64,000 nucleotides of DNA. Source: Candidatus Omnitrophota bacterium (lineage in GTDB: Bacteria; Omnitrophota; Gorgyraeia; Zapsychrales; Zapsychraceae). The position numbers were made by a program, and so were the translations under genes. Below the pieces are notes generated by a model. It was not told the origin of the DNA, searched no databases, and worked only from the letters and a program-made list of their open reading frames with translations. Location of the stretch: the NCBI GenBank assembly GCA_029261055.1, contig JAJDCA010000015.1:83998-147997 (forward strand), read 5' to 3'. Position 1 is the first letter of the stretch. Every line of letters starts with the position of its first letter. Positions 27,043-36,779 of the stretch are shown here, piece after piece.

Positions 27043-29688
27043 ATGACAAAAGAAGAAATAAGGCTTCAGGAAGATAAAGAAAAAAAAGTTCATTGGCGGC
27101 GATGGGGGCCTTATTTAAGTGAACGTCAATGGGGAACTGTGCGTGAAGATTACAGTGCCGATGGGGAAGCCTGGACTTTTTTTCCGCATGATCATGCCCG
27201 TTCACGTGCGTATCGTTGGGGGGAAGATGGTATTGCCGGCATATCGGATAATCATCAACGTCTGTGTTTTTCGTTAGCTTTTTGGAATGAAAAGGATGAC
27301 ATTCTCAAAGAGAGAATATTTGGACTTAATGGCAGCGAAGGGAACCATGGGGAAGATGTTAAAGATTATTATTTTTATTTAGACAGCACACCGACGCATT
27401 CGTATATGAAGTATCTTTACAAGTATGCGCAAAATAAATTTCCTTATCGGGAATTAGTTGAGGAGAATCAAAAACGAAGTTTACAAGAGCCCGAACATGA
27501 ATTATTGGACACACATATTTTTGACGATAATAAATACTTTGATATTGTTGTTGAATACGCCAAGGCCGACGCGGAAGATACGCTTATTAAAATTTCTGTA
27601 ACCAATCGTGGGATCGATGCGCATGCCATTCATATTCTTCCCACATTGTGGTTTCGTAATACATGGTCCTGGACGGATGAGGCAAAACGTCCTTCAATGA
27701 AATTGACCCAAACAAAGAATTTTGCCCATGTTGAATCCAAACATGAAACATTGGGAACGCGCTGGTTATATTGCCCGAAAACAGAGGCCTATTTATTTAC
27801 AGAAAACGAAACGAATCATGATCGCTTATTTAACCAAAAGAATGCCACCCCCTATGTAAAAGATGCCTTTCATGCATATTTGATTAATGAACAAAAGGAT
27901 GCGGTTAATCCCGAACAAGTCGGAACAAAAATGTCGCCGCATTATGTGCTTAATATAAAACCCGGACAAACAGAAGTCCTCACGCTTAGGCTTTCTGATA
28001 AAGGTTCTTTGAAAGATCCCTTAGGAAAAGATTTTGAAGATATTTTTGCCAAGCGGCTTTCAGAAGCCAATGAATTTTATGATGCCGTTGGACATAAAAA
28101 TTTATCGGATGATCAGCGGAATATTCAACGCCAAGCTTTTGCCGGAATGCTTTGGAGCAAACAGTATTACCATTATGTGATAGAAGATTGGCTTGATGGT
28201 GATGTTCTTACGCCTCCGGAAGAACGAAAGTCGGGACGAAATAGTCACTGGAGACATCTTTATAATGAAGATATTCTTTCCATGCCGGATAAATGGGAGT
28301 ACCCCTGGTTTGCCGCCTGGGATTCCGCCTTTCACATGATTCCGTTCGCTATGATTGATCCTGAATTTGCCAAGAAACAATTGTCGCTTTATACACGGGA
28401 ATGGTACATGCATCCAAATGGTCAAATTCCTGCGTATGAATGGGATTTTAGTGATGTCAATCCTCCTGTCCATGCCTGGGCCACGATGAGAGTTTTTAAA
28501 ATTGATAAGAAAAAAAGCGGTAAGGGGGATTATGATTTTCTGGAGCGTGTTTTTCATAAGTTATTGTTAAATTTTACGTGGTGGGTGAATCGTAAAGATA
28601 AAGAAGGGCGTAATATATTTGAAGGTGGATTTCTGGGAATGGACAATATCGGTATTTTCGATCGTAGCCAACCCTTACCTATCGGAGGAGACCTTCATCA
28701 GGCCGATGGTACCAGCTGGATGGCCATGTACAGCCTCAATATGCTCAGTATTGCCATGGAATTGGCTTTACATAATAAGGCGTATGAAGATATCGCCAGC
28801 AAATTTTTTGAACACTTTCTGCATATTGCTAATGCTATCAATAATGTCGATAAGGCGGGCGTAAGTCTGTGGGATGAAGAAGAAGGTTTTTATTATGACG
28901 CGGCCCACGTGGATGGTAAGCAAATTCCATTTAAAATCAGATCCATGGTCGGGCTTATTCCTTTATTTGCCATTGAGGTATTAAAACCCGAAACCATTGA
29001 TAAGTTGCCGGCCTTTAAAAAACGGATGAATTGGTTTATCAAACATCGGCCTGATTTATGTAAACATATTTCATGTCCGAACGCAGAGGGGGTTGAGAAA
29101 CGGCGGGTATTATCGTTGGTTAATCCTGAAAAGTTAAAACGTATTTTAGAGAAAATGTTGTGTGAAAAGAATTTCTTCAGTTCATACGGCATTCGCACGG
29201 TGTCGAAGCGTCATGATGAAAATCCTTACGTATTTAAGACGGATGATGGTAAACACTTTCAAGTGAAATATACGCCTGGAGAGTCGGATGTCAGTCTTTT
29301 CGGAGGAAATTCAAATTGGCGTGGGCCGATATGGTTTCCTGTAACGTATCTGCTTATTGAATCTCTACAAAAGTTTCATTTTTATTTAGGCGATGATTAT
29401 AAGATTGAGGCACCTACGGGCTCAGGAAACATGTTAACGTTATGGGAAGTTTCTTTACTTATTGCTGAGCGACTCATTAAAATTTTTGAGAAGGATGAAA
29501 ATGGACACCGGCCTGTTTATCATGAGTTAGAAAAGTTTAAACAAGACCCTAGCTGGTCGGAGAATATTCTGTTTTTTGAATATTTTCACGGTGATACAGG
29601 TAGAGGCGTCGGGGCTCAGCATCAAACAGGGTGGACAGGCCTTGTAGCTAAACTCATTCAACAATGTGCGCAGTATAAGAACACGTAA
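27043..29688 (+). CDS. GH63-family alpha-glucosidase (processing glucosidase I / glucosyl- or mannosyl-glycerate hydrolase-like)
   Basis: N-terminal WRRWGPYLSERQWGTVRED and a central (alpha/alpha)6 region (WYMHPNGQIPAYEWDFSDVNPPVHAWA). Start at 27043 with a GGAG RBS (ORF track start 26989). Confidence 0.7.
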   Translation: MTKEEIRLQEDKEKKVHWRRWGPYLSERQWGTVREDYSADGEAWTFFPHDHARSRAYRWGEDGIAGISDNHQRLCFSLAFWNEKDDILKERIFGLNGSEGNHGEDVKDYYFYLDSTPTHSYMKYLYKYAQNKFPYRELVEENQKRSLQEPEHELLDTHIFDDNKYFDIVVEYAKADAEDTLIKISVTNRGIDAHAIHILPTLWFRNTWSWTDEAKRPSMKLTQTKNFAHVESKHETLGTRWLYCPKTEAYLFTENETNHDRLFNQKNATPYVKDAFHAYLINEQKDAVNPEQVGTKMSPHYVLNIKPGQTEVLTLRLSDKGSLKDPLGKDFEDIFAKRLSEANEFYDAVGHKNLSDDQRNIQRQAFAGMLWSKQYYHYVIEDWLDGDVLTPPEERKSGRNSHWRHLYNEDILSMPDKWEYPWFAAWDSAFHMIPFAMIDPEFAKKQLSLYTREWYMHPNGQIPAYEWDFSDVNPPVHAWATMRVFKIDKKKSGKGDYDFLERVFHKLLLNFTWWVNRKDKEGRNIFEGGFLGMDNIGIFDRSQPLPIGGDLHQADGTSWMAMYSLNMLSIAMELALHNKAYEDIASKFFEHFLHIANAINNVDKAGVSLWDEEEGFYYDAAHVDGKQIPFKIRSMVGLIPLFAIEVLKPETIDKLPAFKKRMNWFIKHRPDLCKHISCPNAEGVEKRRVLSLVNPEKLKRILEKMLCEKNFFSSYGIRTVSKRHDENPYVFKTDDGKHFQVKYTPGESDVSLFGGNSNWRGPIWFPVTYLLIESLQKFHFYLGDDYKIEAPTGSGNMLTLWEVSLLIAERLIKIFEKDENGHRPVYHELEKFKQDPSWSENILFFEYFHGDTGRGVGAQHQTGWTGLVAKLIQQCAQYKNT

Positions 29689-29699
29689 TAAAGTTATTT

Positions 29700-31178
29700 A
29701 TGAAAGAATATACAAATACTTATCTTTATGAAATCAATACATTTGTATTTTTGGATAAATTATCTGAACAATTGAACAAGAAGATTTCACTTAAGAATAT
29801 TCCTGATACGGTTTGGAAAGATTTAAAAAGTAAAGGGTTTCAATATGTTTGGCTTATGGGAGTATGGCAGCGGAGTCAGCAATCCCGTTCATTTTCGTTA
29901 ACTTCACCGGAATTAAAGAAAGAATACACCGAAGTTCTGGGGGATTGGACAGACGAAGATGTGTCGGGCTCGCCATATGCTATTAGTGAATATAAACCTG
30001 ATTCACGTTTTGGTGACTTTACAGATTTGAAAAAATTGAAGGAGAAGCTTAACAATTTAGGATTAAAATTAATTTTAGACTTTGTTCCTAACCATATGGG
30101 GCTGGATAATGCATGGTTAAAAATGCATCCCGAAAGATTTCTTTCAAATAAAAATTATATTGAGCATGGGAAAGATCCTTACTTTGCTCCTTGGCGAGAT
30201 ACATTACAAATTAACTATGCTTCAAGTGAAACACGGAAAGCTTTGAGTAAATTATTGCTTGATATAGGGCAATATTGTGACGGGCTAAGATGCGATATGG
30301 CGATGCTTGTTATCAATCGTATTTTTGAGCAAACATGGGCGCATCTTTTAGGCGGGACACAGATGCCTCGGGAAGAATTCTGGAGCGCAGCAATTGCAAA
30401 AGTAAAAGGCAAGTTTCCAAATTTTATTTTTATGGCTGAAGCCTATTGGGGCGTAGAGTGGGAATTGCAGCAAATGGGATTTGATTACACGTATGATAAA
30501 ACGTTTTATGATCGCCTAGTAGAATCCGACGCTAATGATATTCGCGGACATTTACGTGCGGATATTGATTACCAAAATAGATCCGTTCGTTTTATTGAAA
30601 ATCATGATGAGCTACGATCTTTATTGTCCATGCCGCAAGAACGCGCCGAAGCTGCTGCCGTGATTGCAATGACTGTTCCCGGTCTTAAGATGGTTTTTGA
30701 TGGCCAGTTTGAAGGGAAGAAAATTCGCATTCCGGTTCATCTTAAGCGTGAACCCCTCGAAGAAGTTAATGAACGAAGTGAATTATTTTATCAGAAGTTA
30801 ATGGATTTTGTACGCCATCAGGAATTTGCTTCAGGAGATTGGAAGTTGATAGATGTCAATAAAGCAGGGAATGGCAATGAAAGTTTTAATAATATCCTTG
30901 CATGGATTTGGACGCATAACAACCATTCAAAAATAGTTGTTGTTAATTTCTCTGATGTTGAATCTCAAGCTTGGTTAGATGTTTCTTTTTTAAATGGTAA
31001 AAATGAAGAGCTTCAACTGAAAGAGTGGTCTACGCAAGAAATTTATGAACGGAATTTAGAAGACATTAAAGAGCAAGGGCTTTATGTGGCTCTTAAGCCG
31101 TGGCAATCTCATTTATTTTTTTGTGTGGGCCTCTTTTTAGAAAGTAGCCAGATTGAGAAAATGCAGGTAACTTTATGA
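29700..31178 (+). CDS. GH13 alpha-amylase-superfamily enzyme
   Basis: Conserved region I LILDFVPNH and a (beta/alpha)8 catalytic core. 492 aa. Confidence 0.7.
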   Translation: MKEYTNTYLYEINTFVFLDKLSEQLNKKISLKNIPDTVWKDLKSKGFQYVWLMGVWQRSQQSRSFSLTSPELKKEYTEVLGDWTDEDVSGSPYAISEYKPDSRFGDFTDLKKLKEKLNNLGLKLILDFVPNHMGLDNAWLKMHPERFLSNKNYIEHGKDPYFAPWRDTLQINYASSETRKALSKLLLDIGQYCDGLRCDMAMLVINRIFEQTWAHLLGGTQMPREEFWSAAIAKVKGKFPNFIFMAEAYWGVEWELQQMGFDYTYDKTFYDRLVESDANDIRGHLRADIDYQNRSVRFIENHDELRSLLSMPQERAEAAAVIAMTVPGLKMVFDGQFEGKKIRIPVHLKREPLEEVNERSELFYQKLMDFVRHQEFASGDWKLIDVNKAGNGNESFNNILAWIWTHNNHSKIVVVNFSDVESQAWLDVSFLNGKNEELQLKEWSTQEIYERNLEDIKEQGLYVALKPWQSHLFFCVGLFLESSQIEKMQVTL

Positions 31179-32038
31179 GTTTTGAATATTGGTTTATGTT
31201 TCCAGTTTCCATTGTTGTGGCGATTATCGCGATGGCGTCCGGAGTGGAAGGTGCAACATTTTTCGCTCCTATTTTTATGCTTGGTTTAGGGTTTCCTCCG
31301 GAAGTAGCCATTGGAGTCGGATTAATAACAGAGGTCTTTGGATTTACCAGCGGATTGACGGCTTATGTGCGAAAAAAACTTATTGATTATCGATTGGGTA
31401 AAAATCTTTTAATGGTAGCTATTCCTGCAGCTTTATTAGGAAGTTTATTGTCGGGCCATGTCAGACCGGATATTTTAAAGGTTATTTTAGGAATGGGTTT
31501 ACTTGCGGTTTCTTTTAGTTTTCTTAGGAAACCCGAACCTGAAGATATTAAAAAAATAAATGAAGCTAATACCAATCGGTTTGCCAAACAAAAGACAGAG
31601 ACATGTTTAGTGTCAGCTCAAGGAGAAAAACTTTGTTACACAGTTTGCAATAAAACAGAAGGCATGATGTCAGCGGGAATAGGAGGCTTATTTATGGGCC
31701 TTATTTCAACAGGGTTGGGTGAACTCAATGGTTTTTTTCTCCTCCAACGTTGCCGGGTTCCAAGTAAAGTGGCCGTGGCAACAAGTGTTTTTGTCGTCGC
31801 TGTTTCAGCACTATGCGCAGCCACTGTTCATTTGTATAAATTTGTTCAAGTTGGAGGAGAAGTCTTAAACACAGTATTCAGTGTTGTTATTTTTACTGTA
31901 CCTGGTGTGCTTATTGGTGCTCAAGTCGGAGCATCGGTTGCCAGCCGTATTCCACAAAAATTATTAGAGAAAATTTTAGCCATTTTATTTATCATCATTG
32001 CCTTATTTTTTATCGGGCAAGTTGCATTAGGGGTTTAG
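31175..32038 (+). CDS. TauE/SafE (DUF81) family anion exporter
   Basis: Duplicated 4-TM halves with glycine-rich motifs. It overlaps the GH13 stop by 4 nt. Confidence 0.7.
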   Translation: MSFEYWFMFPVSIVVAIIAMASGVEGATFFAPIFMLGLGFPPEVAIGVGLITEVFGFTSGLTAYVRKKLIDYRLGKNLLMVAIPAALLGSLLSGHVRPDILKVILGMGLLAVSFSFLRKPEPEDIKKINEANTNRFAKQKTETCLVSAQGEKLCYTVCNKTEGMMSAGIGGLFMGLISTGLGELNGFFLLQRCRVPSKVAVATSVFVVAVSALCAATVHLYKFVQVGGEVLNTVFSVVIFTVPGVLIGAQVGASVASRIPQKLLEKILAILFIIIALFFIGQVALGV

Positions 32039-32040
32039 TT

Positions 32041-33225
32041 ATGGAACATAATTATGATCAAGAATCTGTTGAACTCCATAAGAAGTTATCCGGAAAGATT
32101 GCAATTCATTCCAAATATCCTGTTAACGATATGCGAGATCTTTCGCTTATTTATACTCCTGGAGTGGCGCAAGTGTGTAAGGAAATTCATAAAGATCCGA
32201 CTAAAGTTTATGATTTAACGATTAAGCGAAATATGGTAGCGATCGTCACAGATGGATCTGCTGTTCTTGGTTTAGGTAACATTGGGCCTGAAGCGGCACT
32301 TCCTGTTATGGAGGGAAAAGCTGTTTTATTTAAACAGTATGCCAATATTGATGCCTTTCCCATTTGTTTGAAAACACAGGAAACAACAGAAATTATTAAT
32401 ATTGTTAGAAATATCAGTCCTGTTTTTGGCGGTATTAATTTAGAAGATATTGCCGCTCCACGTTGTTTTGAGATTGAAGAAGCCTTGCAAGATTTAGGGA
32501 TTCCGGTTTTTCATGATGATCAACACGGTACGGCCATTGTTCTATTGACCGGGCTTATTAATGCAGCAAAACTTGCTAATAAAGAATTGTCTGATCTTAA
32601 GGTGGTCGTTAATGGAGCTGGCGCTGCCGGAACAGCGATTGTCAATCTCCTTTTATGTTCGGGTTTCAATAAAGAAAAGTGTCATTCTGTTAAGGAAATT
32701 CTTGTTTGTGATTCGAAAGGCATTATTTCCAAACAACGGCAAGATATCAGACAAAATGCTGCAAAGAATCAACTTGCAAATATGACGAATTCAGGAAATA
32801 TTGAAGGGTTTTTAACAGATGCGGTTAAGGACGCAGATGTTTTTGTGGGAGTTAGTGTCGGGAATGCCCTTACACAAGATATGGTTCGTTCAATGAGCAA
32901 AGACCCGATTGTTTTTGCCTTGGCTAATCCTACTCCTGAAATTGAACCTGAATTAGCTTATGAAGCAGGAGCTTTTATTGTTGCAACAGGTAGGAGTGAT
33001 TATCCAAATCAGGTTAACAATGCACTTGTGTTTCCCGGTATTTTTCGTGGAGCGCTCGATGCGCGAGCCGGAGTTATTACAAAAGAAATGAAGCTTGCGG
33101 CTGCTTTTGCATTAGCCGAAAGTGTGAAAGAACCCAAAAAAGAAAAAATTATTCCTGGGGTTTTAGAGAAAAACGTGGCAGAGTACGTTGCTGCTGCAGT
33201 TAGTAATGCGTATTCAATGAACTAA
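32041..33225 (+). CDS. NAD(P)-dependent malic enzyme (short form)
   Basis: LSLIYTPGVAQVC, the NAD-binding GAGAAG motif and the malic-enzyme fold. 394 aa. Confidence 0.85.
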   Translation: MEHNYDQESVELHKKLSGKIAIHSKYPVNDMRDLSLIYTPGVAQVCKEIHKDPTKVYDLTIKRNMVAIVTDGSAVLGLGNIGPEAALPVMEGKAVLFKQYANIDAFPICLKTQETTEIINIVRNISPVFGGINLEDIAAPRCFEIEEALQDLGIPVFHDDQHGTAIVLLTGLINAAKLANKELSDLKVVVNGAGAAGTAIVNLLLCSGFNKEKCHSVKEILVCDSKGIISKQRQDIRQNAAKNQLANMTNSGNIEGFLTDAVKDADVFVGVSVGNALTQDMVRSMSKDPIVFALANPTPEIEPELAYEAGAFIVATGRSDYPNQVNNALVFPGIFRGALDARAGVITKEMKLAAAFALAESVKEPKKEKIIPGVLEKNVAEYVAAAVSNAYSMN

Positions 33226-33241
33226 AAAATGGAGGAAGTTT

Positions 33242-33934
33242 ATGACTAAAAAGAAAATGATTATTTCGATTATTGTCCTGGCGGCTGTCGTCGGCGGAAT
33301 TATTTGGGGAACACAGCAGCATAAGGAACATTGTGCTGTGTGTTTTGTAAAATCACTCAATGCGGATGTTATTAAACATTATATTGAAAGCTTTGGTCCA
33401 TGGGCGATTCTGGTCTATGTTGGTTTGTATACGCTTAATACGTTGACACTCATTCCACCCATTGCATTTATGTCTTTATCAGCCGGGGCTTTATTCGGTC
33501 CGATATGGGGGACGGTGGCTTTAACGTTAGGTTCTTTTTGTGGAACAACAACGACATTTATTATTTCACGATTTTTTGGAGGCAAACTGGTTGATAAATT
33601 TGTTAAGGGGAAAGCGGCTGACTTTAATGAAAAATTAAGTAAGAAGGGTTTTGTTGTTCTTCTTCCTATGAGATTAATTGGATTTCCTCCGTATGAATTT
33701 GTTAACTATGCTTGCGGTTTATCAAAAATACCTTATAAGGATTATATCTCAGCTACTATGCTCGGGATGTCTCCGGCGATTATTATTCAAGTTTTGTTAG
33801 CTGATCGATTGGCTAATTTTAGTTGGAAAGATCCTGTGTTGTATTTGGTTATTGCTTTATTTATTGGCATGGGTGTGATCACAGGGAGAATTATTAAAAA
33901 ACAACAACAAGAAGAAAAAGCCCTCCAAAGTTAA
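33242..33934 (+). CDS. TVP38/TMEM64 (DedA superfamily) membrane protein
   Basis: Motif LLPMRLIGFPPYEFVNYACGLSKI. 230 aa. Confidence 0.75.
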   Translation: MTKKKMIISIIVLAAVVGGIIWGTQQHKEHCAVCFVKSLNADVIKHYIESFGPWAILVYVGLYTLNTLTLIPPIAFMSLSAGALFGPIWGTVALTLGSFCGTTTTFIISRFFGGKLVDKFVKGKAADFNEKLSKKGFVVLLPMRLIGFPPYEFVNYACGLSKIPYKDYISATMLGMSPAIIIQVLLADRLANFSWKDPVLYLVIALFIGMGVITGRIIKKQQQEEKALQS

Positions 33935-34000
33935 AAACTTTGGAGAGGACTCGCCATCCGTTAGGATGGCGGTCAGCTTTTACAAAAATAGGAGATTGGA

Positions 34001-35443
34001 ATGGCAAAATATGAGTATGATTTAATTGTTATTGGTGGGGGAGCGGGGGGATTAACGGCAGCTACTTTTGCAGGTCAATCAGCGGCCAAAACTCTTTTAA
34101 TCGAGAAAGAAGAAAAATTAGGTGGTGATTGTCTGCATTATGGGTGTGTGCCTTCTAAATCACTTATTAAAAGTGCTTATGTTGCTAATGTCATTCGTCA
34201 TTCAGAAAAATATGGTTTACCGAAGGTTTCAATGGGTAAAGTGGATTACAGTAAGGTGAGTAAACGTATCCACGATATTATCGGAACTATTCAGCCACAT
34301 GATGAACCTGAGTATATTCAAAAAAAATATAATGTGGAAACAAAGTTTGGTTTGCCAAAGTTCGTTGACGATCATACCATTGATTTAAATGGCGAAACGA
34401 TTACATCGCGTTATTTTGTTGTTGCGACGGGGTCATCTGCATTTATTCCGCCTATTGAAGGTCTTGGAGATGTTCCTTATCTTACAAATGTGAATATTTT
34501 CTCATTGGATAAATTACCTGAATCCATGATTGTTCTTGGAGGCGGGCCGATTGGTTTAGAAATGGCACAATCATTTCAACGGCTTGGATCAAAAGTGACG
34601 GTTCTTGAAGGCGGGCCTAAATTTCTTCCTAAAGAAGATGAAGACATTTCTGAATTTATTAAAGAACGATTGGAAGCTGATGGCATAAAAATTCAGTTAA
34701 ATTCTTTGGCTAAAAGTGTCAAAAAGGAAGGGAATGATATTGTATTGACGTATGATTGCAAAAAATCAGGTAAATTGGAAACGATTAAAGCGGAAGCTTT
34801 GCTTGTGGCCACCGGACGAAAGGCTAATGTCAGTGGAATGGATTTAGAAAAAGCAGGCGTAGAATATGATCGATCGATTAAAGTCAATGCAAAGATGCAA
34901 ACTTCAAAGAAACATATTTATTCAGTAGGTGATGTGGCCGGGGGATATCAGTTTACGCATGTGGCCAGTTATGAAGCGGTTGTCGCTATCTATAACTGCA
35001 TTCTAAAAATTCCTAAAAAAGCAGATGCCACAAATACGCCGTGGTGTACTTACCTTGACCCCGAGGTGGCTTCCATTGGATACAATGAACAAAGAGCTAA
35101 AGCAGCTGGGATTGAATATATCAAGCATGTAGAAGAAATTACGCACAATGATCGCGCCCTTGCCGAAGGGGAAAATAAGGGGCTCATTAAGATCATAATG
35201 AACAAAAAAGGCAAAGTGATTGGTGTTCAAATTGTCAGTTTTCATGCGGGTGATTTAATTTCAGAATGGATTCCTGTTTTAAACGGGAATGTTAAATTAG
35301 CAACAATTACCGATGCCATTCATCCATATCCGACGATGTCGGAAATTAACAAGAATGCCAGCGTAAATTATCTAGTTTCCACTATTCCGCCATGGACAAA
35401 GAAGTTAACCAAGATGCTGTTTGGCTATCAGGGGAAAGTTTAA
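34001..35443 (+). CDS. Class I pyridine nucleotide-disulfide oxidoreductase (dihydrolipoamide dehydrogenase / mercuric-reductase-like)
   Basis: FAD motif GGGAGG, redox-active CxxxxC (GGDCLHYGCVPSK) and a dimerisation domain with HPYPTMSE. Confidence 0.8.
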   Translation: MAKYEYDLIVIGGGAGGLTAATFAGQSAAKTLLIEKEEKLGGDCLHYGCVPSKSLIKSAYVANVIRHSEKYGLPKVSMGKVDYSKVSKRIHDIIGTIQPHDEPEYIQKKYNVETKFGLPKFVDDHTIDLNGETITSRYFVVATGSSAFIPPIEGLGDVPYLTNVNIFSLDKLPESMIVLGGGPIGLEMAQSFQRLGSKVTVLEGGPKFLPKEDEDISEFIKERLEADGIKIQLNSLAKSVKKEGNDIVLTYDCKKSGKLETIKAEALLVATGRKANVSGMDLEKAGVEYDRSIKVNAKMQTSKKHIYSVGDVAGGYQFTHVASYEAVVAIYNCILKIPKKADATNTPWCTYLDPEVASIGYNEQRAKAAGIEYIKHVEEITHNDRALAEGENKGLIKIIMNKKGKVIGVQIVSFHAGDLISEWIPVLNGNVKLATITDAIHPYPTMSEINKNASVNYLVSTIPPWTKKLTKMLFGYQGKV

Positions 35444-35453
35444 GAGGTAATTT

Positions 35454-35930
35454 ATGGATAATAAAAATCGAGCAATAACGATGCGTTTTTTAGCGCAACC
35501 TACTGATGCTAATTTTGGCGGGAAGGTGCATGGAGGCTCAGTCATGAAATGGATAGACGAGGCCGGATATGCATGTGCCGTTAATTGGAGTGAAAAATAC
35601 TGTGTAACTGTTTTTATGGGGGATTTAAAATTTAAGGCCCCAATTTCCATTGGTGATCTGGTTGAGGTTAATGCCAAAATCATTCATACCGGAAAAACAA
35701 GTATACATATTGGGATTGAGGTTCAAACATCAGACCCGCGTAAAAACAAATTTAGTAAAACAACAGATTGTATCATTGTGTTTGTTGCTGTTGATGAAAA
35801 TGGAAAATCAATAGGTGTGCCGAAGTGGGAGCCCAAAGAAAAAGAAGATAAGTGTCTGGAAGATTATGCCATAAAATCCATGAATATACGTAAAGAAATG
35901 GAAGGGCAATTACAATCATGCTTACTTTGA
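35454..35930 (+). CDS. Acyl-CoA thioesterase (hotdog fold, YciA-like)
   Basis: FGGKVHGGSVMKWIDEAGYACA motif. Confidence 0.8.
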   Translation: MDNKNRAITMRFLAQPTDANFGGKVHGGSVMKWIDEAGYACAVNWSEKYCVTVFMGDLKFKAPISIGDLVEVNAKIIHTGKTSIHIGIEVQTSDPRKNKFSKTTDCIIVFVAVDENGKSIGVPKWEPKEKEDKCLEDYAIKSMNIRKEMEGQLQSCLL

Positions 35931-35994
35931 TTCCTTATCTGCACGGCAACTCTTGTCTAAATTTTAGAAAATAATATAAATAAGGTGGAGAAAT

Positions 35995-36759
35995 ATGGGC
36001 GCTATTATAGGGTTGCTTCTTATCTTAACCATATCGCTAACGATTGTGCGTATTGGGAGTATTTCATTGGAATTAACGGGATTATCTTCGGAAGTTTCCG
36101 GATTTCAGGCACAGTCAGCATTTTCAGGCGCAGGGTTTACGACGTCTGAATCTGAAAGTATTGTCACTCATCCTGTTCGTCGGAAAATTATTCGCATCCT
36201 TATGCTTATAGGGAGTGTTGGCGTTATATCAACGGGAGCAACGCTCATTGTTGCTTTGATAGGGACGAATAATGAGAATTTTGCATTAAGAGGTGTTTTT
36301 TTAATCGGAGGCCTTTTGGCGTGTTACATTTTAGCTCGATCAAAAATTGTGTATCATCTTATGAAAAAAATAATTGTGGGAATATTAAGCAGAAGCAAGG
36401 CATTACAGTTGCATGATTATCACGATATTTTAGCTATTAGTAAAGGGTACTCTATTTCGCGTATACGTGTACAGCCGGAGAATTGGCTTATTGGCAAAAA
36501 ATTAAAAGAATTAGGTATTCAAAAAGAAGGAACGACCATTTTAGCGATAACCCGTAGGGTTAATGCGCAGGAAAAACATATTATTCCTCATGGAGAAACA
36601 ATGATTGAGGAGGGGGATTTATTGACTATTTATGGTCGCTGTACAGCGATGGATTGTTTGTTTATGCGGCCTAAAGGAGAGAAAGGTGATATGGCCCATC
36701 AAATGCGTAAACAACAAAGAGAATCGCTCATTAATTTAGGAAATACTGAAAGTGTTTAA
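35995..36759 (+). CDS. Membrane protein with a C-terminal TrkA-C (RCK_C) domain
   Basis: N-terminal TM segments. The C-terminus (VQPENWLIGKKLKELGI...GDLLTIYG) matches RCK_C. Confidence 0.6.
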   Translation: MGAIIGLLLILTISLTIVRIGSISLELTGLSSEVSGFQAQSAFSGAGFTTSESESIVTHPVRRKIIRILMLIGSVGVISTGATLIVALIGTNNENFALRGVFLIGGLLACYILARSKIVYHLMKKIIVGILSRSKALQLHDYHDILAISKGYSISRIRVQPENWLIGKKLKELGIQKEGTTILAITRRVNAQEKHIIPHGETMIEEGDLLTIYGRCTAMDCLFMRPKGEKGDMAHQMRKQQRESLINLGNTESV

Positions 36760-36779
36760 AAAGGTAGAGAAAGGATTTC

